Of a stretch of 64,000 nucleotides of DNA, positions 46,550 through 58,359 are shown piece after piece. Position 1 is the stretch's first letter, and each line of letters begins with the position of its first letter. A program made the position numbers and the translations under genes. The notes below the pieces were generated by a model, which was given only the letters and a program-made list of their open reading frames with translations, made no database searches and had not been told where the DNA came from. The DNA comes from Scyliorhinus canicula. Lineage: Eukaryota. The stretch lies in the NCBI RefSeq assembly GCF_902713615.1, contig NC_052158.1, forward strand, positions 32,033,990-32,097,989, given 5' to 3'.

Positions 46550-48059
46550 GTAAGACCATTTCTCACTGTTAGTGAGACGCAGCCTCAGATTAGGGTCACA
46601 GGAGGGAGGGTCAGTGTTGAGCTGGCAACCCAGGATGGGCTGAAGCCCACAGAACAGAGAGCAAAAAATCTTAACTTTCAATGTGTCAGAGTCTTCACCC
46701 CACTAACTGAGTGAGCCTATCCTGGGATGTTACAGTAAGACATGGCCCAGTAAATCATACGGTCATCTGAATTCGAGCAGTAGTCGGGTATTTCTCCCCT
46801 CGAGCCTGCTGCACACTTCAATATGTTCATGGCTGACCTGATTACGACCTCAACTCCACATTACCACCTCCCCTTTCCACCCATTGACTCCATTTTTAAT
46901 CAGGAGACTATTTTACTCTGCATTCAAAATATTCAGTGATCCTGCCTTCACCATTTTCTGAGAAAGTGAGATCCAAAGATTCACGGCGGCCTGAGAGAAA
47001 ATAAATCTCCGCATTTCCACCTGAATTTGGAGACCCAATGGCCACAATATCGCGGCTCCGTTAGCCGTGGGCACAAATCTGATCATGACACGACATCTCG
47101 TGAGTGGCCAGAAACAGGATCCTGAGGAGATCCTGGTTTGAGATCTTCCCCGCTCCCCTCGGCCGGTGATGTAATCAGTTGAACCTGATTACGACCTGGC
47201 CGCGATCCTGATCGCCGTAGATTTTAATACATTTTAACATTATTAATCAGCTTAACACTGTAGCCTCCACCCACAATGTTTCCTTCACCACATATCTCCC
47301 ACGGCGACATGGCATGTCGCCATCAGAAATCACTACTGGTTTTCAAAAGGTGAAAACAAGTCATGATGGCCACCGGAGAGCATGGAGGTGCCAGTAGACC
47401 CCAGTTGTTGTGGGACAAGGCAGGAGCAGTGAGCACAGAATTGCACCCTGGAATTTGGGGCAGTGTCAAGGGGGCAGTGCCAATGGGACAGTGCTACAGG
47501 GGCACATGAAAGGGTCAGATCCGAGGAGGCTCTGGATGGGGGTGTAAAACCTCTCTTTTTAAGGGTCTCCCCTTATGTATGGTGGTTTGGAGATGGGAGG
47601 AGCCCAATGTCTGCGGTGGTGGGTGATGGCTGTGAAAGGGGAGAGTGTCAGCGGTACTGCCATCCTGGAATGTGTCCCCCGGTAATTCTGTGGTGCTGGG
47701 GGAGCAGGGATGGGGAGAGAGGTGAGATGGCTCTGATACTTCAGAGGTGGTGGGGAACACCCCAAAGCATGTGGGGCTGGTCCTCCATGTCTACGGCGAG
47801 GGTGGGTGTGGGTGGTGGGATGGGGGGAGTGGTTGTATATCTTTTATGCAGATGGGCCTTCCCTGTAAATATGGCACCAAGGCCTTGCCATCTCTATCAG
47901 ACCCTGACATGCCAGAATGACGGCAGAGACCATACCCCCCCCCCCCCCCCCCCCCACCCCCACCCCCCAGATTTTCTGTGCTCAGAATCCCTGAAAATGT
48001 GGTCTGAATTCCCGGTTATGTTTCTGGTGAGAAACATATCGGATTTCAGTCGGACACTG

Positions 48060-48550
48060 ACACTCTGACAAACCTTTGGAACGTTCCACCCCTTATTTTT
48101 AAACAGTGCCCCCGGGTTTCCACCCTCCCTAAGGAGAAACACCCTTTCAGCATTCACCCTGCCTACTTCCCTCACCATCTTAAATGTTTCCATTTTTCAA
48201 GTTCTCATTCTTCAAACTCCAATGGACACAGGCCCACCCTATCCAACCTGTCCGCATACGTTAAACGCACCCCCATCCCTGGACCTCCCAGACATCAGTC
48301 AAGTGAACCTTACCTGAATTGCTTCTAAAGCATTTACATCCTTTCCTACATAAAGACACAAAGACTGTGCACAGTATTTCAGATGTGGCCTCACATGTAC
48401 AACCACAACAAAACATCTCTACTTTTATTCCATTTCACTTGCAATGAATGGCAAAGTTCCATTTGTCTTCCAAATTGTTTGCTATCCCTGTGGACTAACA
48501 TTTTGTAATTCCTGTACCAGGACACCCAAAGTTCTGTAATCTCTCTACTT
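48060..48550 (-). mobile_element. CR1 3' fragment
   Basis: METFKMVREVGRVNAERVF on the minus strand. Confidence 0.75.
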
Positions 48551-49048
48551 AAGTAATAGGAGGCCTTGTGGCACAATGGGTAGCTCCCCCTATCACTGAA
48601 CCAGAAGCTTTGAGTTTGTGTCCAATGTCAGGACTTGGTGGTCATGGAAACAGCATTCAACACAATTCACAAGTTGATAATCAGCTCGGAAATCCTTCCA
48701 CACTGACCCCACTATTGCCCAAAGGGTAAAAAAAAGTATATAGGTGTGAAGACACGCCAACAACAGCATTTAAATAATATGTTGCATTTCAGTTCTTCTT
48801 GCCACCGTGGACAAGTTCATGTTTATCCCATGTTATGACCAGACTGCAATGTATGCCAGAGAACTGGAACGAGATACCACAACAATTTTGCAATTTGTAA
48901 ACTGTGAGGAAAGGCTACCTGCTCTCCCCGGCACCATCCCATCCGAGGAGTAATTCCGCTGACAAATATGGATTTTCTTCACTCAAAAGAAACGTAATTA
49001 TTAACACAGGACAAACTACATTAACATTGCCAAAAATACCTCACAGTT

Positions 49049-49283
49049 TAAAAAATTTTTTTTTTAATAAATTTAGATTACCCAATTATTTTTTCTATTA
49101 AGGGGCAATTTAGCGTGGCCAATCCACCTACTCTGCACATTTTTGGGTTGTGGGGGCGAAACCCACGCAGACACGGGGAGAATGTGCAAACTCCACACGG
49201 ACAGTGACCCAGAGCCGGGATCGAACCTGGGACCTCAGTGCCGTGAGGCGGTTGTGCTAACCACTAGGCCACCGTGCTGCCCT
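49049..49283 (-). mobile_element. Short-form SINE with a TSD of at least 11 bp
   Basis: acctcacagtt at 49038-49048 and 49292-49302. Confidence 0.88.
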
Positions 49284-49629
49284 AAAAAAAAACCTCACAG
49301 TTAACAGTTAAACAATTCTTAACAACAAAATGATACACTTTAACTTCTAACATTCCTTCTCTATCTCTAATTAGGCAAAGCCCATTACAGATCAAAAGAC
49401 ACTTGTAAATAAAGTCAGCAAACACAGAGATATTTACAGTGCTCTTTGTGGAGAATTGCTTTCAGCGAAGGAACGAGACCCTTTCCAGGTCTAAAGACCT
49501 GGCTCCTCCCATTAATTACATCATCTGTGTCCCACTAACTGTCTTATAACCATCTTACTGAGGTTAAACACTTCCCCTCAATTATCTAAACCCCAGGGAG
49601 CCTTGTTTCTGTAAACAAAACTCCATTAA

Positions 49630-50290
49630 CCTTCTATAGAAAATGGTTATAATCAATGATTATCACACTTTTACAACATCTTAATTGCATCCTTTGCAGA
49701 CTCACCACCTGCTTGTCTGTTAAACCAGGATTTATAAAAATATTATTGCAACAGATAAAAAATACTATATATATATATAACAATTTCCTACATTCAGCAC
49801 ACCATATTTCACTCCCATCTGCCATATCTTTTGCCGAGTCACTTAACCTGTCTATATTCCCTTGTAGATTTCTTATGTCTTCTTCACAACTTAATTTCTT
49901 ATTTGTCTTTTTGTCATTGTCAAATTTAGCAAACAAACATTAGGTGCCTTCTTCCAAATCATTGATATAAATTGTAACTAGTTGAGACTCCAGCATTGTT
50001 CCCCGTGGCACTCCACTACTCTCACCTTGCCAAGCTGAAAATGACATTTTTATCCCTCCTCTGTTTGCTGTTAGGTAACCATCCTTCTGTCCATGCTAAA
50101 ATGTTATCTCTTGCAGAATGAGGTTGTATTTTGCATTGTAACCTTTGATGTGGAAAGTGCCTTCTGGAAATCTGAATGCATCACAATCATAGGTTCCCCT
50201 TCATCCATGTTGCGTGTTACTTCCTCAAAGCTTTCCAACAAATTAGTCAAACATGATTTCCCTTTTACAGAACATGGGTGGAATTCTCAC
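49630..50290 (-). mobile_element. Degraded CR1 RT fragment
   Basis: AKFDNDKK..KLSCEEDIRNLQGNIDRL; reverse-complement DFQKAF..V region near 50150. Confidence 0.7.
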
Positions 50291-50954
50291 ATTTTGAGAC
50301 TAAGTGTGGTAGCTGGCAGCTTCTGTCCCATTGGCCAGAATGGAGAAACCGAGTGCCAGATTCGGCACTCAGAACCTCATTAATTATACATTTTTCCTCA
50401 AATCTTCCTGGCAGCTGATTCATCCTCCTACCCTCAGTTGATGTATTCGAAGTTCCCGACAGCAAGCTCCACGGCTGGGGCCGCGGTGCAAACATATTCT
50501 GCACTTGAGGAAATACGCAAATAATGTTGGATGTTACCGAGTGGAGGCCCCTCGAGAGACTCGGGCAATGATTTTCCAGCCCCACCTTGCACTCCATTCC
50601 TTCTTGAACTGTGATCCTTTGTTGTGGTGTGTGCATGAGTTCCACAGCACAGTCCTGTCCAGGAGGACAGGGACCCCTGTACTCTCAAACCCCAGGAACA
50701 GCACTCATCACAAACTTTCTTGTTAACCATCACTCTTCAGCAATTTGGTTTTAGACTGATGTAGTTTCATGCTGGCATGATACAAGATTGGAAGGCCGGA
50801 CAGAATGCCAGTGGGTGGCTGGTTTAATGAGCATTCATGAGATGCAGATGAGTGCAAATGGCATTCATGCCACAGCCAGTGGGAAGACCAACCCGCCATT
50901 GGGAGAATTACAATGTGAGTTTATGCCAGTGTGTTTCTGACTGTTTGGCACTCA

Positions 50955-51550
50955 CTAGATTCTCCAACCCTGCCCACGACCAAACCCACGACAGGCAGGA
51001 TGGAAGAATTCCAGCCCCATGTCGGGATTCTCTGAAATCACCGCAATGGCCCGACGTCTGCGTCAAAATCGGCGCGAACCACTCCGGCGTCGGGTCACCC
51101 GGAAGTTGTGGAATCCTCTGCCCCGGAAGGGGACAACAGCGGCGTGACACCAATCGCGACAGCGTGACCCATCACAGACGCGCGGGCCATCATTAACGCC
51201 GTGCGGCATCACTCCACAAAAGACTCCGCCGCCGGAGACTTGGCAAAATGGCCACCCGCCGTGCAGCGCCGAAGTTCCAGGAGTGGGACATCGAGGTGCT
51301 CCTGGAGCTGAGGAAGGAGTTCCTGTATCCCGGACACGGCTGCAGCGTTGCACCACACGTCAGCCGGCACCTGCGGAGGGAGGTGGCAGTGGCCGTCAGC
51401 GCCGTGGCCGTAACAGCCAGGACAGGCAGCCAGTGCCACAAGAAAGTCAATGACCTAGTCAGGGCAGCCAGGGTGAGTACCACCCACCATTCCCCCTGGC
51501 CCCAGGATAGGCGGCACAGCGCTAGCTGAAATCCCGCCTCGCCGCTCCAA
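50955..51550 (+). mobile_element. Harbinger fragment encoding the Myb/SANT-like accessory protein, first exon (51248-51473)
   Basis: MATRRAAPKF...LL...LYPG...VAVAVSAV...RTGSQCHKKVNDLVRAAR|gtgagt, typical of the Harbinger Myb-like ORF. Confidence 0.78.
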
Positions 51551-52061
51551 GGCTGACTGCCAAATTCTCCGCCGCCGTTTTTTGGGCGGGGCGGCCCGTC
51601 CGGCAATTCTCCGTGCCCTGATGTGCCGAGCGGCCGCCCGTTTTCAGCCAGACCCACCGGCGTGGATTAGACAAAGTCTATACCGGCGGGACCTGGTTTG
51701 GTGGGCAGCCTGCGGAGTCCTCGGTGGCGTGGGGGCGCTCCCCACAATGTCCTGGCCTGCAATCGGGGCCCAATGATCTGCGGGTGGGCCTGTGCCGTGG
51801 GGGCACTCTTTCCTTCCACGCCGGCCTCTGTAAGGCTCCGCGATGGCCGGCGCGGAGATGAAAACTCCTGCGCATGCGGAAGAACACGCTGGCGCTCCTG
51901 CGCATGCGCTAACTCATGCCGGCCGGCGGAGACCCTTCGCCGCTGGTTGGCGGGGTGCCAACAACTCCAGCTGACTCCCGGGTGGCCCGATGCCGGACTG
52001 GTTGACGCCACACTTTGGGGCCGGTACGGCCCGCCCGACCGATTGCAGGAGAATCCCGCCC
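51550..52061. mobile_element. Partial GC-rich Harbinger MITE
   Basis: Right TIR ggagaatcccgccc; body similar to 52633-53320. Confidence 0.75.
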
Positions 52062-52632
52062 CTTGTGTTTTGGTTGCCTTACGTGGCTTTGCTAATCTGT
52101 GGTGTAACTTTTAGTGAGGGGTCTTGACAGGGTGGGGATGTGTCCTCTTCTCGGAGAACTCCGGGTCGATGTTTAAAGATAAGTGGTTGCCCATTTAAAA
52201 AAGAGTTGAGGAGAATATTTCTGACTCAGAGGATTGATTGCCTTTGGGAATCTTCCTGAAAAGGTGATGGAAGCAGAGTTTTGGAATATTTTTAAGGTGG
52301 AGGTGGGTCGACTTTTGGTAAGCATGGAGTTAACAGGTTATCGGGGGCAGGGGGAACAGCTGATCAAAGGTCGTTTGAAAATCTAGATATATTACATCTA
52401 CTGAATTCCTATTGTCTCTTTTATTTTCTCATTTAATAAAGATTCCATTCTTATTTCTTCTTCTAATGTTAAGTTGATTAGTTTATAATCCCAGGATATA
52501 CGGAGTCTGGTCACATTTAATATCCCAAAACACACTGGTCCTGTCTTATTTGAGTTTTCAGTGGCATGCTGACTCCCCACACTGTAATATTCCCAAGATA
52601 TACTGAGTCATGCACACGAAACACAAAAGGAT

Positions 52633-53320
52633 ACACCGGGTCGGAGAATCTCCGGGGGGGTGGCGTGAATCACGCCCCGCCGCTCCGACGCTGGCTGCCA
52701 AATTCTCCGGAGCCGGGGGCGTGGATTGCACCATGCCGGTCAGGGGCCATTCGCAGCAGCCCCCCGGCAATTCTCCGGGCCACGATGGGCCGAGCGGCCT
52801 CCCGTTTTCGGCCAGTACTGCTGGCGTGGATTAGACAAGGTCCATACCGGCGGGACCTGGTTTGGAGGGCGGCCTGCAGAGTCCTCGGGAGGTGGCGGGG
52901 AAATCCAGCCCCAGGGGGGCCCCCACGGTGGCCTGGCCTGCCATCGGGACCCACCGATCTGCGGGGGGGGGGGGGGGGGGGCCTGTGCCGTGAGGGCACT
53001 CTTTCTCTCCGTGCCGGCCTCTGTAATGCTCCGCGATGGCCAGCGTCGAGAAGAAATCCCCTCCACATCCGCAGGAAACACAGCAGCCATTCTACACATG
53101 CGCTAGAACACGCTGGCGCTCCTGCGCATGCACAAACGCATGCCGTCTGGCGGAGGCCCTTCTGTGCCGGTTGGCATGGCGCCAACCACTCCAGCGCCGG
53201 CCTCGGTCCCGGAAATGCGGAGGATTCCGCACCTTCCGGGCGGCCCAACACCGGAGTGGTTCACGCCACTCTTTGGCGCTGGTAGGGCCCGCCCCACCGA
53301 TTGCGGGTTAATCCCGGCCG
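52633..53320. mobile_element. GC-rich Harbinger MITE with eroded ends
   Basis: Colinear with 51550-52061 and with the reverse complement of 40828-41527. Confidence 0.75.
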
Positions 53321-54126
53321 AGGATTTATTTCTCGAGGGACAGAAAGTGTAAGTAGGGAAGTCAGGTCAAACCTGTGTTGATTGTTATTTAGATCACCCC
53401 GAGAGTACTATGTACAGCTCTGACTTCCATATTGTATCAATGATATTGTGGCACTGGAGATGGTGCAAAGATTGATTCGGATGATACCAGAAATGTGGGG
53501 GAGTACATATTATGAGTGGATTGACAAGCTGGGTATGTTTCCTCTGCGAAAAAAGCAGGTCAAGAGGCGACCTAATAGAGGTCTCAAAAATTATGGAAGA
53601 TTTTTATCGAGCAGATACAAAGAGAATGTTTCCTCTTGTGGGGCAGAGCAGAGCTAGAGACGATTGATATACGAAAGTCACTGAGAAAGCCGATATGAGA
53701 ATGTGGAATTGGCTACTGAAGCAGCAGAGATGTACCTAAGGGGAAGTTAGATAGGCAAATGAGGGGAAATGCAATATCGGATTACAATGGTAGATTTAGA
53801 TGTGGAATGATGGGAGGTACTCGGGTGGAGCATAAGCATGAACTGGTCAGGCTATATTCTGTTTCGATGCCACACGTCCTGTGTCATCCTGATTCTCTCT
53901 CTCTGAATCTTTCTGTCTTTCTCTGATTGTTACTATGATTATTTCTGCCTCTGACTTTTTCTCTCCAATTCTCTCTTTCTCACTCCGTTGATTCTCCTGA
54001 TATCACTTTCTGTTTGATTCTCCCTCTCTGACTCTCTCTCTGTGATTCACTCTTTCTCACTTATTCTGATTCCGTTTTCCTCATTCTTGATTCTCTCGCA
54101 CTCCCTCTCTCCCGCCCCTCTAACAG

Positions 54127-54222
54127 GTCTGAAATCCCAGGTTCTGGTTACTGTTGGGATTGTACTTGGAGTCCTCGGGATCATCGCTCTCGCCGTTGTG
54201 GTTGTCATCTACTTGAAGAAAG
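54127..54222 (+). CDS. MHC class I transmembrane exon (96 nt)
   Basis: Long CT-rich tract then taacag|GT CTG AAA...AAA G|gtagga. Encodes GLKSQVLVTVGIVLGVLGIIALAVVVVIYLKK, a hydrophobic span followed by basic stop-transfer residues. Confidence 0.88.
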
Positions 54223-54746
54223 GTAGGAATCGGAGAGACATTGACAGTTCCTCATTGGGGGAGGGGGGAATGTGTCTATGGTTCTGGAAGGATCCAGGGG
54301 TGAGTAGTCCAGGCTGAGGGAAAGGGCTCAGGAAGATGTGGAAGGGCTCAGCTGGATTAGCCCAGGAATGCCGGGTTGGGAGTGACGATGGGAGGTGTTG
54401 GGGAAGTGTACAGCAGGTGTGGGAGTTGTGAAGGGGCTGAGGGGGGAATCTTGGTGTATGGTGAAGGGTATCCATTTGGGTTTGGTTCAGGCTGTAGGGG
54501 TAGTGAGTCTCAGTTAGTGGAGGAGTGGCCTAAGGTGGTGGCCTGTTGTTCGCGATGTCATAGTGCCTTGGAGAGTGGGGATAAGGTGCCGGATTGGCTG
54601 TGGGGGGGGGAGGGGGGGGGGGTTGGGATTGATGAGGCAGAAGCGGTGAAAGACCCAGAAGGCGGAGGTGAAGGGTGTCATGACAAAGAATGTGGTCCCA
54701 GGATTGGATGCAAGTCTCATTTTGGCGTAGTGCCTCAGTTCAGCCT

Positions 54747-56184
54747 GAGTGAGGGGCTTGTGTCAGGGAGGGAGTGAGGGGCTCGGCTCAGTGTGGGAGG
54801 AGCTCGCGTCAGGGTGAGAGTGAGGGGCTCAGGGCAGGGCGGGAGTGAGGGGCTCGGGTCAGGATGGGAGTGAGGGCCTCGGGTCAGGGTAGGAGTGAGG
54901 ATCTCGGGTCAGGGTGGGAGCGAGGGTCTCTGGTCAGGGTGGGAGTGAGGTGTTCGGGTCAGGATGGGAGTGAGGGTCTCGGGTCAGGATGGGAGTGAGG
55001 GGCTCCCATCAGAGCGGGAGTGAGGGGCTCGCGTCAGAACGGGAGTGAGGGGCCCGCGTCAGAATGGGAGTGAGGGGCTCGCGTCAGAGCGGGAGTGAGG
55101 GGCTCGCGTCAGAACGGGAGTGAGGGGCTCGCGTCAGAATGGGAGTGAGGGGCTCGCATCAGAACGGGAGTGAGGGGCTCGCATCAGAGCGGGATTGAGG
55201 GGCTCACGTCAGGGCAGGAGTGAGGGTCTCGGGTCAGGGTGTGAGTGAGGGTCTCGGGTCAGGGTGCGTGAGGGGCTCAGGTCAGGGTGGGAGTGAGGGG
55301 CTCCCATCAGAGCGGGAGTGAGGGGCTCGCGTCAGAACGGGAGTGAGGGGCTCGCATCAGAACGGGAGTGAGGGGCTCGCATCAGAGCGGGATTGAGGGG
55401 CTCACGTCAGGGCAGGAGTGAGGGGCTCGGGTCAGGAGTGTGAGGGTCTCGGGTCAGGGTGTGAGTGAGGGTCTCGGGTCAGGGTTTGTGAGGGGCTCGG
55501 GTCAGGGCGGGAGTGAGGGGATTGGGTCAGGAGTGAGGGGCTCGGGTCAGGGCGGGTGTGAGGGTCTCAGGTCAGGGCGGGTGTGAGGGGCTCGGATCAG
55601 GGCGGGAGTGAGGCTCTCGGTTCAGGGTGGGAGTGAGGGTCTCGGGTCAGGGTGGGAGTGGGGGGCTTGGGTCAGGGCAGGGTGAGGGTCTCAGGTCAGG
55701 GCGGGAGTGAGGGGTTCTGGTCTGGGCGAGAGTGAGGGGCTCTGGTCTGGGTGAGAGTGAGGGGCTCTGGTCTGGGTGAGAGTGAGGGGCTCTGGTCTGG
55801 GTGAGAGTGAGGGGCTCTGGACTGGGTAAGAGTGAGGGGTTCTGGTCTGGGTGAGAGTGAGGGGCTCTGGTCTGGGTGAGAGTGGGGGCTCTGGTCTGGG
55901 TGAGAGTGAGGGGCTCTGGTCTGGGCGGGAGTGAGGGGCTCTGGTCTGGGTGAGAGTGAGGGGCCCTGGTCTGGGCGAGAGTGAGGGGCTCTGGTCTGGG
56001 TGAGAGTGAGGGGCTCTGGTCTGGGTGAGAGTGAGGGGCTCTGGTCTGGGTGGGAGTGAGGGGCTCGGGTCTGTGATGGGCTCGGATCAGGGCGGGAGTG
56101 AAGGGCTCGGGTCAGGGTGGGAATGAGGGGCTTGGGTCAGGGCGGGAGTGAGGGTCTCGGGTCAGGGTGGAAGTGAGGGGCTCA
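54747..56184 (+). repeat. 25-bp G-rich minisatellite in the intron after the TM exon
   Basis: (gggagtgaggggctcgggtcagggc)n with homogenised sub-blocks gcgtcagaac and tctggtctgggtga. Confidence 0.95.
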
Positions 56185-56304
56185 ACAATCTGTTGGAGGG
56201 GCTCAGCGTGAGAGAGGGTCAATCTGTTCCTTTCACCCGGAGTTCCAGCATCTCTCTGAATTTCTTTCACTCTCGTCACTTACTGAGCATTCATTGATTT
56301 ACAG

Positions 56305-56337
56305 GGAGAGGGAAGATCAGCTACAATCCGACAAACA
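56305..56337 (+). CDS. MHC class I first cytoplasmic exon (33 nt)
   Basis: tttacag|GG AGA GGG AAG ATC AGC TAC AAT CCG ACA AAC A|gtaagc. GRGKISYNPTN carries the conserved tail Tyr and is the same length as HLA exon 6. Confidence 0.8.
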
Positions 56338-56744
56338 GTAAGCTGATCATCAAACACACTCTGGATCTGAGTGTAACTGTGTGAATCCTTCATTCTACTT
56401 CAGGCACACTGAGTTACTAATTGTTCTCTCTCTGTCTGTCTCTCTCTGAATGTGTGTGTATCATCCTCTGTGTTTGTTTGTGTGTGTGTGTATCATACCC
56501 TCTGAGTGTACATGTGTGACTGTGTCCCTCTTCTTCAGTCGGTATGTGTGTCACCCTTTCACTCTGTGAATCTCTCTCTCGTCTGTCCGTCTGTCTTGTT
56601 CTCTGTCTGTGTCTGCTGGTGTGTGTATAACCGTCTTCTTTCTCCATGTTTGTGGTTTTCTCTCTCCTGTTTTTGTGTCTTGCATGCTGTTTCTGTCCCT
56701 CTGAATGTGAATTGTTTGTCTAAGGCCTCTTCTTTCATTAACAG

Positions 56745-56792
56745 CATCAGATAAAGGGGAATCCTCAACCATCTCCACTGCCAGTGCCTGAG
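56745..56792 (+). CDS. MHC class I second cytoplasmic exon (48 nt) with natural stop at 56789-56791
   Basis: ctttcattaacag|CA TCA GAT AAA GGG GAA TCC...GCC TGA G|gtatga. TSDKGESSTISTASA* is a Ser-rich class I tail, same length as HLA exon 7. Confidence 0.8.
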
Positions 56793-58359
56793 GTATGAAT
56801 AGTGCTAATTAATGTTGGGAGCAAATGCTTCTAGTTGGTACATCCTAGTTGGTGTAATAAATGTACAATCTGGAGGGTGGAATATGAGCTCAGTGCATGT
56901 TCCTCAGTGTATAGTCATTAATGAGAAGCTCATTCAATTCAACTCTGAGCTTTGAGACTGGCCTTCTAGAAATGACTGGTCTTCTACAGTCTGAGGATGG
57001 AGATATCCTGGAGAGTTGGGGAGTTGCAGGGCAGGAACATCTCATTTGAGGCTGATGTCTCTTTCAGACTGGCCTTGAGGAGGTGGCTGGTCCTATACAG
57101 TCTGGGGGTTTGGAGGTTTGAGTCTGGAAGCATCTGGAAGCATCTAATCTTGGATGTGGCTTCCTGTCAGCTGATCATCTTCCTTAAGGGAGTTCAGTTG
57201 CCCAGAGCATCCGCTAAGATAGATTACTGGGGTTTAATGTTGTTGCTCTCCCGGGATTCTGAATTACTGGGAGTTTGTAGGATGGTGTGCACTGGGAGGG
57301 GTATGGATCTGATGGAGTACTTGTAACTGTTTTGGACTCTAGACCTTGAGGAAATTTTCTGATCTTGGAGAGATTGCAATGTAGATTTAGCAGAATGATA
57401 CCTGGTGGCCCAATTGTTAAAGTAGGAGGAGAGGTTAAAGAAGTTAGATGGTCAAGGGCAATTTGATTGAAGCTTTCAATATTAACAGAAATGCAGTAGA
57501 TAGAGAGAGAAAAAGCATCCCTGCAGTTTGGGGGGGGGGGGGGGGGGGGGTTTGGAGGGGGCAGAGTCTAATTGAAACCTGCCTTATGGAAACCGAAACT
57601 TGGAAATACGTCTGCACAAAAAGGGTTGTAATGGTTTGAAACTCCCCTCCTGAAATTGAAATTAATGATCAATGAACTGCTAATACATCCACTTGAAAAC
57701 ACCTACAATCTAAAAAAAATTAGCAATGAGACAAATATAGAATATATATGGATATATGTTTCACACACCAGTCAAGGTATCAATCAATGATGGGACATGC
57801 TTTAGCGGGTAACTGGTGTTCCTGTGCCCTTCGCTGGTTTCTGCTGGTGTTTGTGAGGTGGGTCTGTTGGATTTTGCTGCTGGCATTTTTTGGGTTCTGT
57901 TGGGTCTACTGGGATTTGCTGTCTTTCTATACCCACCCATGTCTTTCTCTTCCCCCAGTGTCCTCCTGTGTTCTGGGCTGGGAATCCAACGTTGCACTGC
58001 CGGAAATCATTTGGAGGAGTGGATGAGAGCATCGAGCGCCATTGACTCTTTCACTCTATTCATTCTCAATTTTTGAAATTATTCAAATGATAATCCTTAT
58101 TGGTGTCTGTTGCTGCTGGGATCCAAGCCAATTGGTGAAGCCGAAAATAAGACAGCTCTTTATTGAGAGACGTTATTCACTTGTTCAGTTACACAGTGCT
58201 CCTCCCATGTCCCACCATCCCACCTATTTCTATTCTCATTTAATAAAATAAATGATCCATAAAATAATTTAATGGAAGATGGCAGGGGTAGTAACACCCC
58301 CTGAAGGGGCAAAGACAGGAATGCATCTTCAACCCGGAGAATTATATTTTATTTTTTAT

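Larger units (their letters stand above)
44991..56792 (+). pseudogene. MHC class I heavy-chain gene (shark-type), probable pseudogene; six exons from alpha1 to the cytoplasmic tail, leader exon not located
   Basis: Six exons with AG/GT borders, all phase 1, translate to DSHSLRYF...RTNQSG / GIHTYQLMYGC...YLEGECIEWLRKYLEYG / Ig-C1 LSC..GFYP...YSCRVEH / TM / KISYNPTN / SDKGESSTISTASA*. In-frame TAG at 45131-45133. Confidence 0.95.

Noticed and set aside
54042-54126. Hydrophobic N-terminus of ORF 54042-54317 as a signal peptide or second TM
   Set aside because: It is the translated polypyrimidine tract preceding the TM exon acceptor.
56417-56778. Charged low-complexity ORFs
   Set aside because: TC/TG simple-sequence tract in the intron between the two cytoplasmic exons.
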